A stretch of DNA of 63,598 bases, the filler included, from Lenisia limosa (taxonomy: Eukaryota > Protista > Breviatea): the NCBI GenBank assembly GCA_001655205.1. It is 13 parts of 13 records of this genome, joined end to end, with 100 filler letters (N's around TTAATTAATTAA, not from the genome) between each part and the next. Parts side by side here need not be neighbours in the genome. Positions count along the whole stretch, not along the records: positions 37,393 to 52,204 come from LPNZ01009947.1; positions 52,305 to 57,028 come from LPNZ01009744.1; positions 57,129 to 59,032 come from LPNZ01007108.1; positions 59,133 to 60,778 come from LPNZ01005626.1; 9 more parts are not named here. One strand, given 5' to 3'. The position numbers were made by a program, and so were the translations under genes. How positions within the stretch are numbered: the first letter of the stretch is position 1; every line of letters begins with the position of its first letter. The notes under the pieces were generated by a model, which was not told where the DNA came from, searched no databases, and saw only the letters and a list, made by a program, of their open reading frames with translations. Shown in pieces: positions 48,301-59,711 of the stretch.

Positions 48301-49694
48301 AACTGTAAACAGGGAAACAGAGTCAATTTAGCCTTCTAATAGGATCCTTTTAATCTTTGCAGCCAATATTTTAGTCTCCGGAGGACGTGATCGAATTATC
48401 AAGATCTGGGATGTAAGAATTCCTTCCGCACCACTTCACGTGCTGCCAACACAGATGGACTGGATTCAGAGCATTGAAGGCTTTGGTGACACAGTTGCTG
48501 CTGGTCTGTCTTTTTTTTTTTTTTTTGATNNNNNNNNNNNNNNNNNNNNNNNNNNNNNNNNNNNNNNNNNNNNNNNNNNNNNNNNNNNNNNNNNNNNNNN
48601 NNNNNNNNNNNNNNNNNNNNNNNNGTATATATGACGGGACACTCTTGCAAGCCGACCTTATCTCAGGCCAAGTTCTCTCTTCGGAAAAGGTCCACCCCCT
48701 TGGCATTGTTGCTGTCAAGGTGTGTGGATACCTCTTGACTACCGTTCAATGAGCTAAAATTCAAAAAATGTTCATGAATTCATGAAGTCTCTAGTGAGTT
48801 TTCCCAATATCCTACTTTTCCTCCCGGCAGCCAGTTTTTTCAGTAGTTTTCCAATAAGAAAATGCTGAGTTTTTTTCCTGGAGTGGTTTTCTGCTGTTTT
48901 GACAAGGACGAGTTTGCGAAGCGTACGAGTGTTCTCCTCAACAGAAAACTCCGAGCAACAAAAGGAAGACAACCACGTGGGAAAAAACGAGGGGAAATTC
49001 GAATGGAAAGGCGGGATTTTCCACTTTTCCTGGAGTTCTTTTTGGAAAACTACATTAATTATCTGGAAAAAGTTTTTTGTGAATCCATTTTTTTTTTTTT
49101 TTTTTTTACATGAACACTAATGAAAAGGGGCGATAACCAGTGTTTTCCAATCGAATCCTCCCTTTAATCTTTAACTCTCATCAATTCCGGGTAGAAATCG
49201 CCTTGTAAAAAAAACAAATGGATTTGATTGAAATGACTAACATCAGGCTGACCCGGAGCGCAAACAATTCCTTTCGGGCGATATTGATGGCTTCTTCTCA
49301 GGAACTAACATGATGACTGGCGGAAGCACCTTCGCTGTAAAGCACCACACACTTGAAGTTTGCTAGTTCTCTCCTTCACCCTCAGATCTCTGATCTCGAT
49401 TGTCGAGATGGTTTATTCGCCACAACTTCGTATGATAAGGCAGTCAAAATTTATGCCCATAACCTGCCTGGTGAAGAGCCCCGTCCTCTCACTTCTATTG
49501 AGGTGGGATATTTGGTTACCCTAAACTGAACTTGATAGGGTATGTTTCAGAGCCGAGTGACTCATGTGTCTCTGGGCAAAAAAAGAGGAAATATTCAGTC
49601 TGTGTTGGCTTCAGGTTTGTAGATGATTTTTGTTCTCTGTAACTCTTTAGGATGGGATGGAACCCTTGGTCATTCAGTGATTTGCATGCGATAG
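42400..49694 (+). CDS. DENN-domain Rab GEF-like protein with C-terminal WD40 repeats
   Basis: uDENN FAQPGG / VHSFTLTTENERQMTG; cDENN ALEQHIVITSSSNSILAE, CLQALISPLQWFHPVI, SPTPFMCGI, DLVMIDMD; dDENN QAFQLFFADLLHNYR; IWSNNGFWENAF; WD40 repeats GSLDHTVALWN, AYDKSVRIWD, GHTNKVTCL, GRDRIIKIWD. Stop TAG 49692-49694. Start approximate. Confidence 0.88.
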
Positions 49695-49873
49695 TTATTG
49701 TTTTTATTTTTTTTATGAAAAGGGGTTGCTTTTCTATGTATTATTGTTCTTTGTGGGGATGATTCCAACAATCAGGTGTGAGTCTCATTTACAGGGATAA
49801 GAGAGAAGACCCCCCCCCCCTAAATAGCGAATGAAAAAGAATACCTCTATTAAGACCATTGAAATAAAGACCA

Positions 49874-52107
49874 TCAAAACAAGAAGAAGAGAAGAAGAGC
49901 CACAACAGAAATACCCAAAGCAGAAGCAGGGCTCAGACCACTGAAATATTTATACAATAACAAAGAAAATTTGATCAGGAAACGCCTACCAGGATCCTTC
50001 ATCGCAAACATCAGGATTACAGTCCATCCAGCATCCTCCACAATGTGTGTTACTTGTTTGGGGGTCAATACACTCTGTGCCACAGATAATGTTAGGAGAC
50101 TCACAAGGCGGTAAACTACGTTGTTATTGGCTGAGCAATCTAGAAACCAGAATACCATTGGTAGCCGGAACAGACGAGCCCGTCCTCGCAAATGTTGCCG
50201 CAGCCTCCGCAGTTGTTGATGTCAGACGAAGTGTCGAAGCAGGTACCATCACACCATGAACCTTCACATTTACTGGGATAGTGAGAAAATAACTCAGATA
50301 AAAGTGCGCAACAGTTTTGTGAAAGCTCACCAGTATCCAGAAGAACAGGTTGTTCTGGCGCTACATTGATTACCACAGCTTCCACAGTTGTTCATATCGG
50401 TATCTGAAAAATTAGAATGAAATGAACAAGAGTAGTTGTAGTCTACCACCAACCAAGATTGAAGCAAGTATCTCCACCACAAGAGTCATTATCACCAGGC
50501 AAGCCAGAACAGTCCTTCGCACTATAAATGTTAACAGCCAACAATATGTGCAAGCTTGAGTTGCCGTTTATCAAGCGTGTCAGTTGGCTCAACAAAGAAA
50601 TCCTCTCACCAAACACCCGCCAAACAATCTTGCCCGACAGAGCAAGAAATGTTACAAGCACCGCAGTGCTCAGCAGTATCAAACTTCAGGCAGGTCAACG
50701 TACCATTGGACTCGCAGATATTAGTCTTCCAGGGGCAAGTGCTAGTGTATTAATAAACATTTTCACTCATAAATGTCTACAAAACAGTTGATCCTGTCTA
50801 CCATCTATAAGAGTCTTCATCGAAGGAGTTGGACTTCGAACAGAATCCATTATCACCACAGACAACCCCGCAACGGTTGCAGTTGCTGAGACCAGCTGAA
50901 AAGGGTAATAAGCATCGACAGATAGGATCTTTCAACATACATTTGGAAATGCAGCCACCATCACAATAAATCTCTGTATTGGAGCTACAAACACTGAAAA
51001 GTTACAAAAAAAAACTATTAAAACGAGATCGGAACCAACCATTCGCCATTTTTGCAGCTAGCGCCATTGCACACGTTTCCGCAAGCACCACAGTTGTCAT
51101 CAGAGTAGTCAGTATCAACACATTCCCCGTTGCATACATCAATACCGAAAGGGCAGAGCGGAACACTGAAAAGATTAGACGATGTAAATAAAATCCCACC
51201 ATTTGCCCTGTTCAGCACTACAGGTCATATTGAATGCACATGCGTTGCCACAAGCGAAACAGTTGTCGTTGTCGTCTTGAGGCATGCATTTACCATCACA
51301 CAACTGAGCAACTCCATCACATTCGCTGAACATGTGAAATAGAAGTTAGAAATAATACTGTAATTCGATAGTACCAACCAGGTTCCAGCATTACAAGAAG
51401 AGTCGAAAGGACAAGCGTTTGAGCATGCTCCACAATGGTCATCTTTAGAAGCGGTGTTGACACAATCTCCAAAACAATCCGTTTCAAGGCAAGTGGCAGA
51501 GCTAGAGGGAGTTAGAACACATGCCTGCCCCTACCATAAACCAGAAACACAGAACTGGCCAGCAGAGCATGTAGTACCACATGTGCCACAGTTTTTGTTG
51601 TCTGTCTAAAAAGGTAAGTCAACCCAAAAGCAGAATAGAGGCGGATGATGATGATGGTGGTAAGTCCAATTCCAACAACATACCTCAGTGTTTACACATT
51701 GTCCAGCACATTGAGTTGCGTCTCCGCAAATGGCATCCATACAAAGGCCTCCATCAGTGCACACCTCGTCTAGAGATGTTACTTTGTATTCTGAAAAGGA
51801 ATAGAAAAAAAGAGCCCCCCCCCCCTTTCTCCTCACTATCAGCACATCCGCTGCATGATCCACAATGGAAGGCCGTATGAGGATAAGTTTCTTCAGGGGT
51901 CTGTTTTTGCAGACAGTTTTCTAATCCACAACCCTAAGGAGATTAATCGTCAACCAAGCAGTGGTTCAATTCCAGCATACAACGTAAGGACAAGAACTAG
52001 AAGGCAATTCAACAGTCAGTTCGTAGTTAAAAATGGCATCCATAGTGACCGCAACTCCTGTCATAGCTGAAGTATACCACCCAGCGATAACTGGTTGCCT
52101 AAAATGT
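49874..52107 (-). CDS. Cys-rich surface protein with STIG1-like CxDxxxDxxNCGxCGxxC repeats and a GPI-anchor-like tail
   Basis: Repeats CVDTDYSDDNCGACGNVC, CFDTSSDINNCGGCGN, CVNTASKDDHCGACSNAC and PQTSNTHCGGC; hydrophobic C-terminus GLSPASALGISVVALLLFFLF-stop at 49874. The 5' end is lost at a spacer. Confidence 0.78.
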
Positions 52108-54184
52108 AAAAGGTGTCATATGATACTTTTATATTATAACCTTATTTTTTATTTCTCATTGCTATATATATATATAGCTATGTATGATATATGACATGTA
52201 AAGANNNNNNNNNNNNNNNNNNNNNNNNNNNNNNNNNNNNNNNNNNNNTTAATTAATTAANNNNNNNNNNNNNNNNNNNNNNNNNNNNNNNNNNNNNNNN
52301 NNNNCGGGCTTAACAAGCCTGAACCGTGGCAACCCACTTTCTAGAGCGTGGTTGGTTTTTAGTTAGTTTTTAGTTATTAGGTCCTGTTTCTCTTTGTTGG
52401 AATTACAAGTTAGTTATGTGTAATGTATGTACTGTTTATGAGTTGTAGACACCTGTGATCCCCTGTGTGTTTAATTTATGGTTTTTTATAAAATATATTT
52501 TTTTTCAAAAAAAAAAACATTTTCAACTTTCAAACACAGTTACCAAACAATAAAAAACACCTTGGATGCTTCCCCGCCGTTTGGAGATTTTTGCCCCAAA
52601 ACGTATTACATTCAAACGAACAATTTAATAATGCCATGACTTTCTTGGAAAGAACGCTTCATTCGACAGCACCAGGCCTCATTGACCCTAATTTCCATCT
52701 TCTTCTCGTCTCAGTTGACATAGCATACAGAAACCATTGAGTCTTTTCTCTGAGATGCAACACTCCCACTTCAAATGATATGGCGGTGACCTTGCGTCGT
52801 TTATCTCTTAATTGGAATTGGCACGAAAAGAAAAATGATTATTGTACAATTATATCCTCACAAAAGAAATCAAGAAAAAGACAAGAACAATTAGACGACC
52901 AAGCAGGCTACCTCTGAAATATGTCAGAGAAAATTGATAAAACATAATAAATCATCATCAGGAATATCTGTTAAAGCAAAGTGACCCAAAAAGATAAACA
53001 CCCACCCGCCCATCATATGTCAAACAATTCCTCAAAGCTGCACCTCACCCTCCTTCCCTTTAATGTCACATACCCCTACCTGCTTTGGGCTGTAGTGTGA
53101 GGGAGGCCTGGTTGGCCGCTGCCCCCTATGTTCAATGCCTATAAAAAAGGTTATGCTCATTAAGGGAGATGTTCAATTACTATAATTTAAGGTTATGTTT
53201 AATTAAGGGATATTCAACTCCAAGATTATATATCATATAAGATACGCTTATATGTTCAATTCCTAGAATATACGTTTATGTAAAAGGCGACGCTCAATTG
53301 CAATAATATGGTGTTAGAGTGGGGCAGGGCATTAATAGGCTCAATTATACTCTAATAGAAAAAGACCGATTAAATATCGATGTTTATCGAGGATTTATCG
53401 AGATATTAGGCCTTTTTTGGAACCGTAGCGGTGCTCAATTGCGATATTATAATATAAATAAGGTTTCACCTAGGTGAGGAAAGATGGGTAAACTATCGAA
53501 ATATATCGACTTATCGTGCGCACAACTTACTGCATGCCTCCCAGAATAGTTCCCACCTTTTCGGTCATCTCTTGTGGGGTAGTTGCTGAAGCCTGGGTCT
53601 TGGATTCTGAAAGGTCAGAGGTGGACAGGTTTTTATATGATATCATATTTGGGGCTTGGTTAAGATTACGTAACGAATCCGGTTTGCCCCTCACAAGGTC
53701 TTTTTGAGCAAAGCTTTGGCTTCTTCCAATTGCTGGGAGTCCTAAAGAAAGGGGGATAAAAAGAAGGGAATAAAAGGGAGGGGCGATAGAGCTCTGAGAG
53801 CATTGTTGAATTTGATTATACTATCCAATGATTATATTTATCCCAAACTTATTTCCATGATTATCCCGGTTTTATTGATCCCATGATTTTATTGATCCCC
53901 TAGATTGTAATTATTAATTGCCTGCCCTCAAATAAATCTTATTCTTTAGAAAGACGTTCCACCATACCGGGTGTACGTTCTGCCTTTTCACTTTACGCCT
54001 AAAGGGGTTAGAAGAATAGGGCCAAAAGAGCCTACGAATGATTTCCAGTCATCCCTATGTTCCCCTGATATAACGGTTTTATGCTATTCAAATTATTGAA
54101 TGCTACATGTATATCTAAGGCTTCCCAATGGTTCAAAAACCCTTGAAAATATCGATATTTATCGAGGATTTATCGACAAATTTA

Positions 54185-54670
54185 TTGCTTACTCTTTGTT
54201 CAAAGAATCTTATCATTCTCTTTTTTATTTGCTTACTCTTTGTTCAAAGAATCTTATCATTCTCTTTTTTATTTGCTTACTCTTTTTTAGGAATATTATT
54301 GACCCAGCTTCTATAAAGGGATTCTGCGTGAGCCTACAAATGGTTGCCAGCCATTGCGATATGGGGGATTCGGACCTCTCCGGTGGTGTCCTCGACTTCG
54401 ACACGACGCATCATCAGGCGTAACGTGTCCTAAACAAGGGATAAAATTGGAGCATCAGGCGTAACGTGTCCTAAAAATAGGACACAATCATCAAATCAGT
54501 AAAAAGACGAGTGTTGGTATTTCAATGTTGCCCGGACCGGCGGTATAAAGCCCCCCCCCNNNNNNNNNNNNCTTACCAAGAATCTTATCATTCTCTTTTT
54601 TATTTGCTTACTCTTTCTTACCAAGAATCTGATCATTCTCTTTTTTATTTGCTTACTCTTTCTTACCAAG
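54185..54670 (+). repeat. ~42-44-bp tandem repeat (AAGAATCTTATCATTCTCTTTTTTATTTGCTTACTCTTT) in two blocks, plus a doubled CATCAGGCGTAACGTGTCCTAAA
   Basis: Blocks at ~54185-54290 and ~54573-54670; the doubled motif lies at ~54412-54475. Confidence 0.85.
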
Positions 54671-55676
54671 TAACTCATTCATAATCTCAGGGCGACTTAC
54701 ATGCTTGACGGCGTGAGAACACCGGTGGACTCGGCCCTCCCCTGCCCCGCATTTGATGATCATACTGTGGGTCAATGGGGAGGGGGGCTATTTATGGCAT
54801 GGTAATTTATGGCTTTTATGGTAATTTATTGATGGTATTTATAGTATTTGGAGGAAGTCCAGTTTTCCTAGTCCCTCAGAGGTCCAATCATATCACCCAG
54901 TTGAATACTCCCCCCCTTACCTATATCCCCTCCCCTCCTGAGATGATAGCACTTACGCTGGANNNNNNNNNNNNNNNNNNNNNNNNNNNNNNNNNNNNNN
55001 NNNNNNNNNNNNNNNNNNNNNNNNNNNNNNNNNNNNNNNNNNNNNNNNNNNNNNNNNNNNNNNNNNNNNNNNNNNNNNGTTGATTTTGGGCTTTGCTATT
55101 GCATAAATTTTCCAATTTTACTCCTCTCCCTCCATCCTCCCCATTCACCATGCAGATGAACACATTGTTCTCGATGCAGTCTTCAACTGAGGTTATCGAG
55201 TTCCTGACGCATCACATGGACCATGAGTTCAGCTGCAACCAATGTGGGAGGGTGGTGATGTTGACGTCAAATAGTATACACTGGTCATGTAAAATGCGCT
55301 GGTTATGTAATGTATGTAATATACACTGGTTAGACATAGAGCTACTAGCTTGGGCTCGGTAATAATACGATCAACTTATTAAGTCAGATGACCTCGTGAT
55401 TGTAACCCCATGCTGAATTGTTTGTTTTGTTTTATTCAATTCCGGGGTTTTAACTAGCCAACAGAGTTGATTGAGGTCTTTTTTTTTTGTTTTTATTTCC
55501 TACATTCCCCCCCTGTCACAGGTTCGTAACTGTTTGATACTTTGTATTATCTCTCTCAGGGTTTTGTTTTTCTCTTTTGTCTATTGATTTAAAAAGAGTA
55601 TTTACCCGCCCCCTCCAGGCAGATTCCCTGGACCCCTGTCTAACGCCTTCCACTCCATCATGGCATATCAAGCTGT
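54290..55676 (+). CDS. Unassigned spliced gene fragment
   Basis: Exon-like segments after AG acceptors, two of them supplied by module D (55155, 55521), e.g. MNTLFSMQSSTEVIEFLTHHMDHEFSCNQCGR. Confidence 0.3.
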
Positions 55677-57742
55677 TNNNNNNNNNNNNNNNNNNNNNNN
55701 NNNNNNNNNNNNNNNNNNNNNNNNNNNNNNNNNNNNNNNNNNNNNNNNNNNNNNNNNNNNNNNNTGAAAAAGACCACCAAAATCTCAATATTTTTCGAGG
55801 ATTTATCGAGAAATTATCAATAGTTTTCGAAAAATTATTTGATCTGGTCTTTTTTGTTCTATTTCCCATCATCTCTACATACATTTTAAATGCCCTTACA
55901 TTTGTTTAGGGCGGCCCCCAACCCTTCATTGATGACCTCATCGGTTTCCTCCACTACATTGTTTGCCGGCTTTTGGGCACGATAGGCAATAATAATGATA
56001 TCCGTGTCAAGTCTTATCCCAAGTTTATATAGGGACCTCAACAAGTTTTGACACGATTGACTAAAGATTAAGCTCAATATCCATGTCACCACTATAGTTC
56101 CAAAGACAGACTGTTGTTGAAAAGAGCTGAAAATTTCCTGACAACACGATCACGATATTGTACACTTACAATACCACTTACTGTTCAGCGCCCTGCCCAG
56201 CCCCAACACAAGAAAAACCCCGTGTCCGATTGCATTGTTGTCAATGTTCACCCCAACCCCAGCATGGTACGTGGGGGGTGGGGGGTAGAACGAAAATTAA
56301 AATTAATAAAGAATATTGGCGTTAAGGTACCTAAACATTTTAATTTACACCCCAATCAAACGTAAAATGGGCATTTGGACTGATTTTTTCTTGTCTAGTT
56401 TATTTTGACAAATATTATACCTTATATTTCTTCTACATAAACCCTCATATGTTGTCTTGGCTTCCTGCCATTTTGTTACTGCTTCTCTCCATTTGCCAGT
56501 TCTGCTACTTTTACTTTGGTTTTACTGCGTTTTTGTTATCATAAATATTGTAATGCATTTTCGCTGTGGTACCAGACATCAAATCATTCAAATTGAGCTT
56601 AAACCGTACTTGAGTGTGTTTCACTTTATGTTTACCTTTTACTTGTTGAGCTCTTTTAGCAAATGACTTTCATAGGAAGCAACAGATTTCCCCCTTTCAG
56701 TTCCCGTCACCAAGATTAACGGCTTCGTGTATGGCCTGGAGTTCCTTTCGGGTGGAGGGGGGGGNNNNNNNNNNNNNNNNNNNNNNNNNNNNNNNNNNNN
56801 NNNNNNNNNNNNNNNNNNNNNNNNNNNNNNNNNNNNNNNNNNNNNNNNNNNNNCCTTCGGGTGTGTGCAACGCATTTTCAGCACCAGCCACGGCCACAAA
56901 GGGCAATTCGTGGGGGGGGTATAACAATTGTGTGTGAGGGGTGGTAGTAATAATTGATAAACCAAGAAGCCAATAGCATTTATGTGGGTGGTTTATTCCA
57001 TGTTTTCCACTGTGCTCTTCCTCCCCCCNNNNNNNNNNNNNNNNNNNNNNNNNNNNNNNNNNNNNNNNNNNNTTAATTAATTAANNNNNNNNNNNNNNNN
57101 NNNNNNNNNNNNNNNNNNNNNNNNNNNNTGCATTTCCTTCTATTTCTTGGAAGCGGGGGTGAGGGAAGAACAATTTGGAGGCCTTGGTTGAAGGTTTGGC
57201 AAGTTGAGAGGAGTCAGAGATCCGCACCCAGTCCGTGCCGCCTTTTCTTATTTATTTATTTCTCTTAAATCTTTTGTTGTCTTTTTGTCTTATTTTCCAT
57301 AAACCTACATTATTGTTGACCACACTACTGTTCAGCATAGACACTCTCAATTAATCAAAAAAAGTGGATTCTTTGTGTAAGAGGGGGGGGGGGATGATGT
57401 TGATGCGTAATCATCAACATCAGCTTAGAGGAAGAGATTTATCNNNNNNNNNNNNNNNNNNNNNNNNNNNNNNNNNNNNNNNNNNNNNNNNNNNNNNNNN
57501 NNNNNNNNNNNNNNNNNNNNNNNNNNNNNNNNNNNNNNNNNNNNNNNNNNNNNNNNNNNNNNNNNNNNNNNNNNNNNNNNNNNNNNNNNNNNNNNNNNNN
57601 NNNNNNNNNNNNNNNNNNNNNNNNNNNNNNNNNNNNNNTGTTTTCTTTGTAACAATATATTAGTTATATTTGCATTCTAAATAGAAATCAGTTAGTTTTC
57701 AGTGCATAGTTTTTATTCATATTTACCGCCAAGCAGGCCACA

Positions 57743-58835
57743 ATGAAAGCCGAGCTACACGCTCATATCAACGGCTCTCTTAGAGATGCCAGCATTCTTG
57801 AACTTGCCAAGTGGGATGAAGGATTATCTTCTGTTCGTGTTGTCTCATGAAATATGATTGTTTATTGGTATCTGAATTTGGTGTTTGTGTTTAGTTTTGC
57901 TCATATATTGGCTTGAAGACGTATTTGCGGTGTTATTTGTTCCACTGTGCCCTTGACCACGTTAGAGAGTCCGACATTGTCATCACAAACCCCCATGTCT
58001 TTGGCAGGGGTGAGCGCTCCCTTTCTGACTGCTTTTCTCTGTTCGGTCTCATTCATCAGGTTTGGTATTGTAGAGGGGGGGGGGGGCGGNNNNNNNNNNN
58101 NNNNNNNNNNNNNNNNNNNNNNNNNNNNNNNNNNNNNNNNNNNNNACAATTAATCTAACTTACTATCACCAAATAGAAGTCAAAACAATGGTACGCATGT
58201 AGTAATTATATGCCACTCCTTATTCCAACCTTTGCTCCAAGCCCCTGTAGGGTACAGAGTGATGATATATGCATATATTTTTTTAGCACAGAAACAAAAT
58301 GGGGACAGGGTTCTATGAGGACTATTGTTAACACCAGAGATTTATTGAGGCTTTCAACAATCCCCTCCATTTCTTTGAGTTCGTTAACCGCCAAGGTTGT
58401 TGATAGGACTGAGAGGGTCTCTCGGCTCACTGCAGAGGTGAGAGAGGGGGGGTTAATCTCAGGTGGGGGAGAGTGAATAGACTACCCAAGCGCAGATCAT
58501 TTCAAGTGGTTTTCAAACAGCAATCAACATTATTATAGTACTCCTTTTCATGCCACCCAGGTTGTGACAGACTTTGCCAATGATGGGGTGGAATATTTAG
58601 AACTGAGAAGTACCCCTCGCACTGGCGGCATTGACTTGACCCCCCAGGTTTGCTAGATTATTGGTTGCGCTCAAGACATTAGCTACCTCGTGTTTTTTTT
58701 TATTCCAATTTTATTTGTTCTTCATCAATCAAGGTACAAATGGAAGAGTTTATTTCGAGTTACAATCTCACATTTTAGACCCACGTGGCAGCCATTAAAG
58801 AGGGAATTGAATTGGCCTGCTCACAACTTGCCAAG
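57743..58835 (+). CDS. ADAL: Adenosine deaminase-like protein (ADAL / N6-mAMP deaminase), 5' part
   Basis: MKAELHAHINGSLRDASILELA (HxH metal motif) / GERSLSDCFSLFGLIHQ / VVDRTERVSRLTAE / VVTDFANDGVEYLELRSTPR / THVAAIKEGIEL. Confidence 0.88.
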
Positions 58836-59711
58836 GTAAGGAATGGCCAGTTTGGCGGGTGGATGGTTTCAGCCTGATCCAATCTGAATAACTTTATGGT
58901 TTGGACATTTCTCCTCTGGTAGGATTTGCACCCGTTTAATATCAAATCAAGTTTAGGAAAATGTAACTCTTTTCACCCCCTCTTAGCCAATATTTTTCAT
59001 CAAAATTTCCTTTGTTTTACCCCCCCCCCCCCNNNNNNNNNNNNNNNNNNNNNNNNNNNNNNNNNNNNNNNNNNNNTTAATTAATTAANNNNNNNNNNNN
59101 NNNNNNNNNNNNNNNNNNNNNNNNNNNNNNNNACTTTCGGTTCCAAAAAAGACTGAATTCTCGATAAATCCTCGATAAATGTCGATATTATACAGGTGTA
59201 TGAAGCTCTTGTTAACGATAACTAATTTAATGGGCTTCACTTCGGTTCGAAAAAAAAGACTGAATTTCTCGATAAATCTTCGAAAACTATTTTCCTGGTT
59301 TTTTTCGAACAGAGGTGAAGCTCTAGAGCCAACCCCCTACATTTCTTCGATATCATCTCTAATCCCCCAAGTGTTTTTTTTTTTGTTGTTGTTGTTACGC
59401 TGGAGTGAGGGGGGNNNNNNNNNNNNNNNNNNNNNNNNNNNNNNNNNNNNNNNNNNNNNNNNNNNNNNNNNNNNNNNNNNNNNNNNNNNNNNNNNNNNNN
59501 NNNNNNNNNNNNNNNNNNNNNNNNNNNNNNNNNNNNAACCCAAATTACAGGGTTAAATTGGACTTCTTTTTTTTTGTTTCATAATTTTTCAATTTTATGC
59601 TTTTTTGTTTCATAAACATTCCATTTTTATGTACGCTGGAGTGATGGGAAGCGACTGGCCTGGGCTTTTTTGTTTCAATTTTTTTTTCCAATTTTACTCC
59701 CTCCCCCTAAG

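Noticed and set aside
58206-58430. Minus-strand ORF MSRETLSVLSTT..
   Set aside because: It is antisense to an ADAL exon (VVDRTERVSRLTAE) that is needed for the plus-strand gene.
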